NCBI GenBank assembly: GCA_947630575.1
Contig: CANRIB010000004.1
Location: 3,027-67,026, forward strand
Direction: 5' to 3'
Length of the DNA stretch: 64,000 nucleotides
Origin: an uncultured Bacilli bacterium
Lineage (GTDB): Bacteria; Bacillota_I; Bacilli_A; RF39; UBA660
Each line of letters starts with the position of its first letter. The first letter of the stretch is position 1. The notes below the pieces were generated by a model, which had not been told where the DNA came from, did no database searches, and worked only from the letters and a program-made list of their open reading frames with translations. The position numbers were made by a program, and so were the translations under genes. Shown here piece after piece: positions 44,501-53,033 of this stretch.

Positions 44501-45132
44501 TAGATACTAAATTTAATTTAGAAGATAAAGAAGTATTTCAGTTTATGGAGTCTTTGCAAAAGAATTTAAATATTGATGATTCTTATTTAATTGGAAATTC
44601 ACCGATGGCTTTAGAAATGAGTAAAACTTTTCAAAATGAGTTAAATTTAATAACAATACTTACAATTATATTTATATTTGTGGTTGTTTTAGTAACATTT
44701 AAATCAGTATTAATACCAACTATATTAGTTTTATTAATTCAAACAGCAGTTTATCTTACAATGGGAATATTATTTGTTCAGGGAGGAACAGTTTATTTCA
44801 TTTCTCTTTTAATCGTGCAAAGTATTTTAATGGGGGCTACAATTGATTATGCGATACTTTATACTTCGTATTATTTAGAAGCTAGAAATAGAGAAGATGT
44901 TAAAAATGCCTTAATTAAGGCTTATAATAATTCTATTCATACGATTCTTACTAGTTCTTCTATTTTGGTGTTAGTTACTTTGGTGGTAGGTTATTTTGCC
45001 TCAGCAGTAACAGCCCAGATATGTATAACTATTTCTGAGGGAACTTTATGTTCTAGTTTACTTATTCTTCTTTTGTTACCAGAAATGCTTGCAAGTTTAG
45101 ATAAATTTTTAGTGAGAAGAAAGAAAGTATAG
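41545..45132 (+). CDS. MMPL/RND-superfamily membrane transporter with a long repeat-containing extracytoplasmic linker
   Basis: 1195 aa. Two multi-TM MMPL-type bundles (about aa 150-300 and 1010-1180) flank a roughly 500-aa soluble region. Confidence 0.78.
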   Translation: MKKITDFLIDYRKIILVIMILITGMCLFLSSKVDVNRDITKYLDKNSETRIGMDIMDKEFGDNVTSSLNVMFLDLNKEEKEKIYQELEDISEDIEVSYENNEYYNIDNYTLYKIKVNDDKDSKLAKSIYDKINDSYKNYKIYMSGDIYEEFKTILPVWIVFLAIFLALIILIIMCDSYIEPILFLIAIGMAVVINKGTNIMFDSISSITNAICAILQLALSMDYSIMLINRYRQEKENEKDDVKAMKKALYSSFKSISSSSVTTIVGLIALVFMSFTIGRDLGLVLAKGVLFSLVTIFTCLPALILMFDKLINKTKKKSPTFKLDFLGKFAYKFRYAGIILFVIVLVGCYLFKGNLGILYTDKGEDKIADVFGENNEIALIYNNKNEDKVASFCKDLNNKKIDEVLCYGNTINEKLNYKDLKSKLKDLGSDVQIDDYLLKIVYYKYYEGENNTLTLNELLNFIPEYVYTNDKMDEQISNSMKSNIKKLENFASVNAINKKHNKKEIANILSIKENDVNDLLIFYDSLHNSNKLTLREFLDFMLSYVVDSEYGKELDSKAIENINLINKFANKDVIEKELLDKEMASFLGINESDVSNLYLYYLSLNINKYKMTLSNYVDFMVLLSKDTNYASLIDENLLNQIKILQTFSNLEFINKGITYQEMANILGMSEELVKNVYQINKGDLEIQEYLLTPYEFISSIINNEDINKSLDAETSKKLSTLKMTMDSALNNKFYDYLEMASIMGISKETVNNIYILYFKDSLSLSPKVFVDFILEHQNDDSLKDIQRDSLNNLVFADSIMDSVINNTKYDTLELSKLLNMEENKIKLLYGVYDVNYLKKDILISYKDFVYFLINDVIPNKDYGSSFDKEKINKINTLKKIIDNTSKNIKYDKDSLYNILSKLSGDLDKNLIDLLYIYYGSVHNYNQEYVLTIDEFVGYLNKDIIKDKRFDDFIDDDMREEIISAKDMVSDAYKNLVGEEYSRLVLDTKFNLEDKEVFQFMESLQKNLNIDDSYLIGNSPMALEMSKTFQNELNLITILTIIFIFVVVLVTFKSVLIPTILVLLIQTAVYLTMGILFVQGGTVYFISLLIVQSILMGATIDYAILYTSYYLEARNREDVKNALIKAYNNSIHTILTSSSILVLVTLVVGYFASAVTAQICITISEGTLCSSLLILLLLPEMLASLDKFLVRRKKV
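42900..44400 (+). repeat. Six tandem, diverged repeats of about 75 aa inside the MMPL protein
   Basis: Recurring pattern LT(L/P)xEF(L/V)xF...(E)(M/I)A..LG(I/M)(S/N)E..V..LY..Y, seen six times in the translation. Confidence 0.6.
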
Positions 45133-45158
45133 ATTTTTAGTTAATCTATATTTTTTTA
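45129..45158 (+). terminator. Intrinsic terminator after the MMPL gene
   Basis: TATAGAT...ATCTATA hairpin plus TTTTTTT. Confidence 0.6.
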
Positions 45159-45248
45159 GTTAAATAAAAATGTGTGTTTTGAGCTTTAATTCTTTAAAAT
45201 TAATTGTTATAATATTTTTTAGTAAGATATATATGGAAGTGAATTATA

Positions 45249-45944
45249 GTGAATCAGGAGAAATTTGGAAAACTTATTAAAGATATTAGAATTAAAAATA
45301 ATTTAACTCAAAAAGATTTAGCTCAAAAATATAATGTAACATATCAGGCAGTAAGTAAATGGGAAAATGGTAAAAATATGCCAGATATTTCATTAATTAA
45401 AAAGATAAGTGAAGACTTTAATATTAGTTTAGATGAACTTATTGAAGGGCAGTATAAAACTAAAAATAAAAGATTAAAATATTTAGTTGGTTTATTTTTA
45501 ATTTTAGTTCTATGTGTTGGGCTATGGCTTTTTATTAGAAGTAAAAGTGATTTTGCTTTTAAGACTTTATCAACTAGTTGCGATAATTTTAATATTTCAG
45601 GGAATATTGCTTATAATGATAAGAAATCGTCAATTTATATTACTAATATTCAGTATTGTGGAGGAAATGATACAACAGAATATAAAAATATTGAGTGTGT
45701 ATTATATGAAAATGATGGTAATAATCAGAAAGTTATAAGTTCTTATAAATATAATAAAAATAAATTAGTTAAATTAGAAGATTTTTTACAGAAAATAACT
45801 TTAAGTGTTGATGATTATCAAAAGTCTTGTAAAGATTATAAAGATAATACTCTTTATTTAATGATTAATGCAATAGATAAAGAGGAAAGATTAACAACTT
45901 ATAAAATACCTTTAGAATTAAATGATAGTTGTCAAGTTAATTAA
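45249..45944 (+). CDS. Membrane-bound XRE-family HTH protein (HTH - TM - extracellular domain)
   Basis: GTG start. LTQKDLAQKYNVTYQAVSKWENGKNMPD HTH followed by one TM helix. Confidence 0.75.
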   Translation: MNQEKFGKLIKDIRIKNNLTQKDLAQKYNVTYQAVSKWENGKNMPDISLIKKISEDFNISLDELIEGQYKTKNKRLKYLVGLFLILVLCVGLWLFIRSKSDFAFKTLSTSCDNFNISGNIAYNDKKSSIYITNIQYCGGNDTTEYKNIECVLYENDGNNQKVISSYKYNKNKLVKLEDFLQKITLSVDDYQKSCKDYKDNTLYLMINAIDKEERLTTYKIPLELNDSCQVN

Positions 45945-46035
45945 ACTCAACTATAAGTTTAGTGTATTCAACTTTAAAGTTATTGTTTTATAAATTTATA
46001 AATGATAAAATTATCATGGAAAAGGAGAAGGAAAA

Positions 46036-46725
46036 ATGAAAAAAAGTTTAAAATTTATTTTAATGATAGTACTTTGTATTACTCTTTGTGCATGTGCTAG
46101 TGATAGAGAGGAGAAAAAAGAAGAACTCGTAGATTTACCAAAACCAGAATTAGCGGGAGGTATTAGGGGAGAACAGTTTGGTATAGATAAAAATATTGAC
46201 GAATCAACAATTGATAATTATTTAAATCGGGAAGACAGTGTGTATATTGATATGAGAATGCTTAAAGATCCAGGAAATTATGAGGCAATTGGAGGAGATT
46301 CTTATCTTTCAGGTTTTGTTAAAGGATTTGAGGTAGTGCCATATCCATATTTAGTTAATGTATCTGGGCTTCCGGAAGAAGTTGGAAAAACTTATACAGG
46401 AAAGACTTTATTTACAGTAGATGAAGATGGTGAATATAAAGCTAATTATGAAGAATCGATGGAGATATTGGAGTATTATTTTCCAAAAGATAAAAATATA
46501 TTTTTAATGTGTGGCGGTGGGGGATACGCCGGGATGACTAAGAATATGTTGATTGCTTTAGGTTGGGATAAAGATAAAATATATAATGTTGGGGGATATT
46601 GGTACTATGAAGGTAAAAATAAAGTAGAAGTAAAAAGAGTTAAAGAAGATAAAAAGACTGTTTATGATTTTTGGAAAGTTACTTATCATGATATAGATTT
46701 TAGTGTACTTACTGAGGTTAAGTAA
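46036..46725 (+). CDS. Lipoprotein with rhodanese-like domain
   Basis: Lipobox LTLCAC|A. C-terminal IFLMCGGGGYAG...LGWDKDKIYNVGGYWYYEG resembles a rhodanese active-site loop and fold. Confidence 0.55.
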   Translation: MKKSLKFILMIVLCITLCACASDREEKKEELVDLPKPELAGGIRGEQFGIDKNIDESTIDNYLNREDSVYIDMRMLKDPGNYEAIGGDSYLSGFVKGFEVVPYPYLVNVSGLPEEVGKTYTGKTLFTVDEDGEYKANYEESMEILEYYFPKDKNIFLMCGGGGYAGMTKNMLIALGWDKDKIYNVGGYWYYEGKNKVEVKRVKEDKKTVYDFWKVTYHDIDFSVLTEVK

Positions 46726-47216
46726 TGAAAAATAAGAAAGTTTGGATAATTGGGGGAATAGTTTTATTATTAATTGGAATTTTAGTTGTATTTTATTTAA
46801 TTAATAAAGAAGATAAATTAGAAATTAATGAGAATCAGTTTGTTTTAGATAGTGAATATTATAATAAGGGTGAGTATATTCAAATTGATAGTGATAAAGT
46901 TAAAGAATTAGTAGATAATAAAAAAACATTTTTATTATTTACTTATAATAATTATTGTAATTTTCCAGTGCCATGTGATAGTATTTTTCAAGAAGTAATG
47001 GATAAATATAAAATTGATGTTTTAAAAATACCATTTGATAAATTTAAAGATACAGATTTTTATGAAACTGTTAAATTTGCACCAAGTTTAATGATTATAA
47101 AAGAGGGGAAAATAATAGATTATTTAAAAGCAGACGAAGATGGTGATATGGATAAATATCAAGATGTGAAAGCTTTTAGAAATTGGTTAAATAGTTATAT
47201 AGTATTAAAAAAATAA
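46725..47216 (+). CDS. Membrane-anchored thioredoxin-fold-like protein (C-x5-C)
   Basis: N-terminal TM helix. FLLFTYNNYCNFPVPCDSIF at the position of a Trx CxxC motif. Start overlaps the upstream stop. Confidence 0.45.
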   Translation: MKNKKVWIIGGIVLLLIGILVVFYLINKEDKLEINENQFVLDSEYYNKGEYIQIDSDKVKELVDNKKTFLLFTYNNYCNFPVPCDSIFQEVMDKYKIDVLKIPFDKFKDTDFYETVKFAPSLMIIKEGKIIDYLKADEDGDMDKYQDVKAFRNWLNSYIVLKK

Positions 47217-47245
47217 ATTGTTAGGTTAAGGCTTAACAATTTTTG
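47217..47245 (+). terminator. Candidate terminator
   Basis: ATTGTTAG...TTAACAAT hairpin plus TTTT. Confidence 0.5.
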
Positions 47246-47424
47246 TGTGCAATTAAAAATGCAAGGAGAGAGCCCTGCATATATATTTTCTTGCCCATAG
47301 ATAAAGTTTAGAGCAATATGAGCAAGTAGTTTGTATTTTAAATTTAATTGTTATATGTCTAGACTTGAGAGTTAAATTAAACTCGCTACACTCCTTGAAA
47401 AGTGTATTTTTACCATTTGTCCCA

Positions 47425-48831
47425 TTAGCTTGGTACAAATGGACTTCCTGATTTTCCATTTCCTGTAAATGTTGTATCAGCCTTCAGATTTATTACTGGG
47501 CGCACACCATACGCGCTGTTCTCGCTGCCGAAAGTGAGGTTGCCATTCAAATTCACATAGAACACGTAAGCATAAGTGCCGCTAAACTTATACGGAGACA
47601 TTGTCCAATAGGCAGAATTTGTATATAAGTAATATGATTGATTATTGCTTCCTCCAAAGCCTCCTGCATATACTACTTCATCAGCTGTTATTAATCCTAC
47701 TGGATATGTTAAACTTTGTGTTCCTTTTTCTGCTTTTCCATATGTAAATAAATCCTCTTTATTTGTACATGTGAATATTGGGGCTTGTGGATTTTGCCAA
47801 CTTCCACCTTTATAGAATCTTATATAAGGAGCATAATATGTTGTTGTCGTTCCTGTTCCTCCCCCTGTAGTAGTTCCTGTATTATTTGTATATGATGTTC
47901 TATCTGCACAAAATCCTGCATTATTATCTATTTTACCATTTCCATTTGACCATTCGTCTAGTAGATTCGTTTTAAACCACTCATTTGCTCTATCTGCTGC
48001 ATAACTGTTTGTACCTTTTCCATGTACATTACTATCTGCATATTGATATCCTACATATTTATTATCATTAAATTTACCATCTGAAGTCGCATAATAAAAT
48101 GTATTTGCAGATCCAACTGTTATTTGAGTGCCTGTTCCTGTTGTTCCTGGTGGAGTAGTAGAATTCAATGTAGTTGTTCCTGCATATATTAATCTTATCG
48201 TTCCATCACCATTTATTCGGATGATTCTCCACCATATACTTTTATTATCACTTGTTGTTCCATATCTTACCCAATTATCATCTACTTTTCCTCTAAAATA
48301 ATATGTTGTTCCATTATCATCTGTTCCACTATACATGATTGAATTACCATTGCTATCTTTATGTTCTGAAGTATCTGTACTTGAAAAACTTGTTTGGCCT
48401 TGCTGTGGATTTCTGCTATTTACTAATTCAGTAATTGTTATTGGTTTTATTTTAAAATATAAAGTACATTTATCTCTTTTCTTTAGCTTACTAAATGTAT
48501 GATTACCACCTATTGTTTTTAATACTGCTCCTGTATCTTCGTGTGTATCGTCTATCATACATTTACTTTGGCTTTCGTCTATTTCATAACCAGTAGTTGG
48601 TACTTTATCTGTTATTTCATATCCTCCAGTATCATTTTCTTTTTGAATTTCAACTATCATAAAATCATATGGTTTATAGTTTATTACACCATTGACTATT
48701 TGAGCACTTTTGGTTACTTGATATTTGGCTCTTGACCTTAATGATACTACTGTTGTTATTATTGCTATTAATACAACTAAAACTAATAATACTTTTTTAG
48801 TATTATTTCGCTCTAACTTCTTAAATTCCAT
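47425..48831 (-). CDS. Membrane-anchored surface protein, paralog C (C-terminal lectin-like domain)
   Basis: 468 aa. N-terminus and leader are homologous to paralog A. Motifs: YYFRG, WWRIIRINGDGTIRLIY, AGFCADR, FTC, GLITADEVVYAGG, YWTMSP, GVRPVINLK. Confidence 0.8.
   Translation of the reverse strand: MEFKKLERNNTKKVLLVLVVLIAIITTVVSLRSRAKYQVTKSAQIVNGVINYKPYDFMIVEIQKENDTGGYEITDKVPTTGYEIDESQSKCMIDDTHEDTGAVLKTIGGNHTFSKLKKRDKCTLYFKIKPITITELVNSRNPQQGQTSFSSTDTSEHKDSNGNSIMYSGTDDNGTTYYFRGKVDDNWVRYGTTSDNKSIWWRIIRINGDGTIRLIYAGTTTLNSTTPPGTTGTGTQITVGSANTFYYATSDGKFNDNKYVGYQYADSNVHGKGTNSYAADRANEWFKTNLLDEWSNGNGKIDNNAGFCADRTSYTNNTGTTTGGGTGTTTTYYAPYIRFYKGGSWQNPQAPIFTCTNKEDLFTYGKAEKGTQSLTYPVGLITADEVVYAGGFGGSNNQSYYLYTNSAYWTMSPYKFSGTYAYVFYVNLNGNLTFGSENSAYGVRPVINLKADTTFTGNGKSGSPFVPS
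47494..47610 (-). other. G+C-rich variable-region-like block in paralog C
   Basis: About 47% G+C by hand count. The first 21 nt and last 15 nt are identical to block B. Internal differences are mostly at codon positions 1-2. Confidence 0.55.
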
Positions 48832-48884
48832 GACTTTGATTCCTTCCTTATCAATTATATTAGAAATTCCTAACTTATGCTAAA

Positions 48885-48913
48885 AGTATATCACATAAGC
48901 TAGCTAAGTGCAA
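48885..48913 (-). promoter_or_regulatory. Promoter TTGCAC-17-TATACT for paralog C
   Basis: Read on the minus strand. Same spacing to the conserved leader palindrome as in paralog A. Confidence 0.5.
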
Positions 48914-48965
48914 GCACATTTTGCAAATGAATTGTAATATCATATAAGTAATGAGGTGGAGAAAT

Positions 48966-49115
48966 ATGAATAAAGATGTTATTTATGTTAGAATAGACGA
49001 GGAAATAAAAAAAGAGCTTGATATGATAGCTCTTGAAGAGAATAGAAGTTTAAATAATTTGATTGTTACTATTTTAATGCGTTATTTAGAAGATAGAAAG
49101 AAAAATAATAAATAA
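48966..49115 (+). CDS. Ribbon-helix-helix (CopG/Arc-like) DNA-binding protein, 49 aa
   Basis: GAGGTGGAG RBS. MNKDVIYVRIDEEIKKELDMIALEENRSLNNLIVTILMRYLE has the beta-alpha-alpha RHH pattern. Below the ORF-track length cutoff. Divergent from paralog C. Confidence 0.6.
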   Translation: MNKDVIYVRIDEEIKKELDMIALEENRSLNNLIVTILMRYLEDRKKNNK

Positions 49116-49278
49116 TTTATGTAAATTAATGTAAAAAACATTTGACCAAAATATCCTTGAGATTTTATAATCTAATTAAGAGGCATAGTTTGGTGTTTTA
49201 TTCCTCGGTTCATATTAAGATATAATAATATAGAAAGCGAGGTGAGGTCCATGATTAAACTTAATGATAAGGAGAATT

Positions 49279-49338
49279 ATGGAGTACTTGATTGTACTTA
49301 TTTTGATTCTGGTACTAATTGCCAGAATTTTAAGATAA
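49279..49338 (+). CDS. 19-aa hydrophobic peptide MEYLIVLILILVLIARILR (type I toxin-like)
   Basis: AAGGAGA RBS. Followed by an 11-bp perfect hairpin (49350-49375) and a T-tract hairpin. A convergent antisense promoter lies downstream. Confidence 0.4.
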   Translation: MEYLIVLILILVLIARILR

Positions 49339-49339
49339 C

Positions 49340-49426
49340 TAACATAAATATAGAACACCTGAATAGGTGTTCTATCCAAATAAACTTGGACTGAGGACAT
49401 CATAAGTGCCTCTTTTTGTTTGTCCT
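49340..49426 (-). ncRNA. Candidate antisense sRNA 1 (about 85 nt)
   Basis: Minus-strand promoter TTGCAT-18-TATAAT (49433-49462). Three predicted hairpins; the last is ATAGAACACC...GGTGTTCTAT followed by a U-rich tail. Confidence 0.35.
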
Positions 49427-49456
49427 GTATATATTATATACTAAAATATAGATAAA

Positions 49457-49513
49457 ATGCAAGTGTTTATTTTAATTTTGGTATTAGTTGTTAGTTTTAG
49501 ATTGATAAAATAA
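49457..49513 (+). CDS. 18-aa hydrophobic peptide MQVFILILVLVVSFRLIK (second copy)
   Basis: Aligns without gaps over 12 residues to the first peptide with conservative changes (I/V, L/V, R/K). No clear RBS, so possibly leaderless. Confidence 0.3.
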   Translation: MQVFILILVLVVSFRLIK

Positions 49514-49589
49514 TAGAACACCTGAATGGGTGTTCTATCCAAACACATTTGGACTTAAGACACCATAAGTGCTTCTTTTTTTATGTCCT
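49503..49589 (-). ncRNA. Candidate antisense sRNA 2
   Basis: Second copy of the repeat, about 85% identical, with minus-strand promoter TTGCAT-17-TATAAT (49596-49624). Confidence 0.3.
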
Positions 49590-49690
49590 ATATATATTAT
49601 ATACATAAAATATTAAAAATGCAAATAATTTTGGTTATTAAAAGTTTATTATGTGTTATAATAGAAATGGATATTAGAGGAGGTATATAA

Positions 49691-50446
49691 ATGTTATTAA
49701 AAGATAAAGTAGCATTAGTTACAGGTGCTGGTCAAGGAATTGGAGAAGCTGTTGCAAAATGTTATGCTAAAGAAGGAGCTAAAGTAGTAGTTGTAGATAT
49801 TAATGAAGATACAGCTTTAAAAGTTGCAAATGATATTAAAAAAGTTGGAGGAGAAGCAGTTTCATTTGTGGCAGATGTAACTAAAGCAGAAGAAGTAGAA
49901 GCAATGGTTAAGTTTGCGGTTGATACTTATGGCAAGTTAGATGTTGCTTGTAATAATGCTGGTAAATCTAGTGCGACTATTAATTTAGTTGATACACCGG
50001 TTGAGAATTTTAATGAAGTTATAGATTTGGATGTTAGAGGAGTTTTCTTTTGTTGTAAAGAAGAAATTAAGGCTATGCATGAAAATGGGGGAGGAGCTAT
50101 AGTTAATGTTTCTTCGACTTCTGGTTTACTTGGAAATCCGGGAATTGTACCATATAATACAAGTAAACATGCAGTTTTAGGTTTAACTAAGTCTGTTGCT
50201 TTAGAAGAGTGCAAAAATAATATACGTATTAATGCTGTATGTCCGGGAGTAACTGAGACACCTTTAATTAAAAATGTTAGAGATAATGATCCAGATACAT
50301 ATCAGTTATTTTGTACTCAGATACCTTTAGGTAGATTAGCCCAACCAGAAGAAATTGGAAATGTTGTATTATTTTTATCAAGTGATATGGCATCATTTAT
50401 GGTAGGTGCAACAGTGGTAGTTGATGGTGGAGTTACAATAGAATAG
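49691..50446 (+). CDS. Short-chain dehydrogenase/reductase (FabG/glucose-1-dehydrogenase-like)
   Basis: TGAGQGIG cofactor motif, NNAG, and the catalytic Y-x3-K (YNTSKHA). Confidence 0.9.
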   Translation: MLLKDKVALVTGAGQGIGEAVAKCYAKEGAKVVVVDINEDTALKVANDIKKVGGEAVSFVADVTKAEEVEAMVKFAVDTYGKLDVACNNAGKSSATINLVDTPVENFNEVIDLDVRGVFFCCKEEIKAMHENGGGAIVNVSSTSGLLGNPGIVPYNTSKHAVLGLTKSVALEECKNNIRINAVCPGVTETPLIKNVRDNDPDTYQLFCTQIPLGRLAQPEEIGNVVLFLSSDMASFMVGATVVVDGGVTIE

Positions 50447-50469
50447 TCATGGTTAGCCATGATTTTTTT
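50447..50469 (+). terminator. Intrinsic terminator
   Basis: TCATGG-TTAG-CCATGA plus TTTTTTT. Confidence 0.7.
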
Positions 50470-50531
50470 CTTAGGAAATACAATTGATTTATTAGTGTAG
50501 TTTAGGTATAATTATTAAGAGATGGATATTT

Positions 50532-53033
50532 ATGGATAAAAATAGAAAAAAAGATTTGATAAATAAAATAATTTTAGTACTGTTTTTTTTAGGGGTAGTA
50601 TTATTTTTAACACGTTTTAAATTTTTATATGGTTCAGAGTTAGATTGGGAAACTCAACATTGGACTTTTGCAGAATATTTTAGAAGATTATTTTATAAAA
50701 CTTATGATTTATTTCCATCTTTTGCTTTTAATATAGGGGCAGGAGAAAATATTTATAATTTTTCTTATTATGGTTTTTTAAATCCAATTATATTAATAGC
50801 GTATTTTTTACCTTTTGTGAAGATGCTAGATTATGTAATGTTATCTAGTATAATTGGGGTTATTGTGAGTGTTTTACTTTTTTATAAATGGCTTGATAAT
50901 AAAGGTTATTCTAGTTTTATTACTTTTTTATGTTCTTTTATATTTCTTTTAAGTGGTCCTTTAATATTGCATAGTCATAGGCATATTATGTTTGTTAATT
51001 ATATGCCATTTTTAATTATGGGACTTATGAGTATTGATAATTATTTTAAAAAAGGGGTTAGATGGCCTTTAATATTAAGTGTATTTTTAATTATTATGAC
51101 TAGTTATTATTTTAGTATTCCTAGTTTAATGGTTTTGGTTATATATGGGATTTATGAATGGTTAAAACAAGATAGAGTAACAGTTAAAGATTTTTTTAAA
51201 GATGGTTTTAAGTTTTTAGTTCCTATAATAATTGGAATTATACTTGCGAGTATTATTTTATTGCCAACATTTTATACTTTATTTGTGGGAAGAAGTAGTA
51301 ATACTGTAAGTATTAATTATAAAGAATTATTAATACCTAATATTCATTTAGATTATTTGTTATATGGGTCTTATTCAATGGGACTTACGGCTATAGCAGT
51401 AGTGGCAGTTATTTATGGATTTTTATCTAAAAAAAGAGAAAACATATTTTTAGCTTTAATTATAAGTCTTATATGTTTGTTTCCTATATTGGGGTATGTT
51501 TTAAATGGATTTTTATATATTAATGCAAAGGTGTTTATTCCATTTGTGCCTTTAGTAGTTTATTTAATTGGGGTATTTTTAAAAGATTTATTAGAAGATA
51601 AAGTAGAGATTAAAAAATTAGTTTTGGTAATAGGAATTTTTTCATTATTAGTTTATATAAGTAGTTATAATAATTTTTTAAGTTATTTAATTGATGTTTT
51701 AGTAGTAGTTTTAATGGTTTTGTTATATTATTTTAAAAAGTTTAAATGGGGGTTATTTGGAACAACATTATTGACATCAGTGATAGTTATGCTTAATTTA
51801 AATTTAAGTGATGGACTCATGAGTATAGAAAATTATAATTATATATTTAATGATAAGATAGATAAGTTATATCAAAATATTAATGATGATAATATATATA
51901 GATCAAGTAATTTAGTAGATACGCTTGTGACATCTAATAAAACATATGATAATTATTATGGGACTTCTACTTATAGTTCAGGGTATAATTCTTATTATAA
52001 AGAGTTTTTTACGGATACTTTTGGGAATCCTATAAGCCACAGAAATCATTTGATATTAAGTCAAATAAATAATCCTTTATGGGATAGTTATATGGGAGTT
52101 AAGTATATTGTTAATGATAAAGAAATGAATTATAAAAAAGTTTTAACTTTAGGTGATTATTCTTTATATCAAAATGAGGTTGTTTATCCTTTGGGATACG
52201 TGCGAAATCAAGTAATGAGTAAAAAAGAATTTGATAGTTTAGAATATCCTTATAATATTGAAGCATTAATGAAATATACAATTGTAGACGAAGAGATACC
52301 TAAAACTAATTTTGTTAGGACGACTAAAGAAATTAAGCTTGATTTAGATAATATCCCTAATATTTCTTATGAATTAGAAGATGGACATTATAAATTTAAA
52401 TTAAAAGAAGATCAGAATTTTAATATTCCAATAGAGGATGATTTAACTGATAAAGTGTTATTAATTAGATTTAAAATGAATTATGAAGAAAGTTGTAAAA
52501 ATGGAGATACAGTAGTAACAATTAATGATGTTAAAAATACACTTACTTGTCGAAGTTGGAAATATAAAAACGAAAATGATACTTTTGATTATGCTATATT
52601 AAATCCAAGGAGTTTAGATATTAAAATTAAAAAGGGTAGATATGATATTAGTTATATTACTACTTATATTTTAGATTATAAAGAATTAAAAGATATTGTT
52701 GGAGATTTAGATACTTTTATATTTAATAAGAGTAAAACTAAAGGAGATAAAATAGCAGGTAATATTAATGTTAGACATGATGGTTATTTTAGTTTATCTA
52801 TTCCTTATGATACTGGATTTAAAATATATGTAGATGGCAAAAAAGTTTCATATGAACTTGTTAATGAAGCATTTATAGGATTTAAGATAAATAAGGGTAA
52901 GCATGATATTAAAATTGTTTATTCTTCTCCTCTTAGAAATATATCATTAGGGTTATCAAGTATAGGATTATTATTATTTATTGTTGTTATAGTATTAGAT
53001 AAGAGAGGTAAAAATGAAAAAAGAAAAAATTAG
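50532..53033 (+). CDS. YfhO-family polytopic membrane glycosyltransferase-like protein
   Basis: 833 aa with many N-terminal TM helices, a large C-terminal ectodomain and a final TM helix. Adjacent to a GtrB/CsbB-like GT2, as in YfhO-CsbB pairs. Confidence 0.65.
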   Translation: MDKNRKKDLINKIILVLFFLGVVLFLTRFKFLYGSELDWETQHWTFAEYFRRLFYKTYDLFPSFAFNIGAGENIYNFSYYGFLNPIILIAYFLPFVKMLDYVMLSSIIGVIVSVLLFYKWLDNKGYSSFITFLCSFIFLLSGPLILHSHRHIMFVNYMPFLIMGLMSIDNYFKKGVRWPLILSVFLIIMTSYYFSIPSLMVLVIYGIYEWLKQDRVTVKDFFKDGFKFLVPIIIGIILASIILLPTFYTLFVGRSSNTVSINYKELLIPNIHLDYLLYGSYSMGLTAIAVVAVIYGFLSKKRENIFLALIISLICLFPILGYVLNGFLYINAKVFIPFVPLVVYLIGVFLKDLLEDKVEIKKLVLVIGIFSLLVYISSYNNFLSYLIDVLVVVLMVLLYYFKKFKWGLFGTTLLTSVIVMLNLNLSDGLMSIENYNYIFNDKIDKLYQNINDDNIYRSSNLVDTLVTSNKTYDNYYGTSTYSSGYNSYYKEFFTDTFGNPISHRNHLILSQINNPLWDSYMGVKYIVNDKEMNYKKVLTLGDYSLYQNEVVYPLGYVRNQVMSKKEFDSLEYPYNIEALMKYTIVDEEIPKTNFVRTTKEIKLDLDNIPNISYELEDGHYKFKLKEDQNFNIPIEDDLTDKVLLIRFKMNYEESCKNGDTVVTINDVKNTLTCRSWKYKNENDTFDYAILNPRSLDIKIKKGRYDISYITTYILDYKELKDIVGDLDTFIFNKSKTKGDKIAGNINVRHDGYFSLSIPYDTGFKIYVDGKKVSYELVNEAFIGFKINKGKHDIKIVYSSPLRNISLGLSSIGLLLFIVVIVLDKRGKNEKRKN

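Noticed and set aside
47253-47459. 68-aa minus-strand ORF downstream of paralog C
   Set aside because: It overlaps the paralog C stop region in another frame, has no RBS, and is not conserved relative to the other modules.
49251-49400. 49-aa + strand ORF (MIKLNDKENYGVLDC...) with a GGTGAGG RBS, overlapping the 19-aa peptide ORF in another frame
   Set aside because: It is not maintained in the second repeat unit, where an in-frame stop lies just upstream of the hairpin. It is kept only as an alternative possibility.
49215-49403. 62-aa minus-strand ORF in the repeat region
   Set aside because: Its counterpart in the second repeat copy is interrupted after 3 codons (ATG GTG TCT TAA), while the nucleotide sequence and hairpins are conserved. 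It is better explained as an antisense RNA locus.
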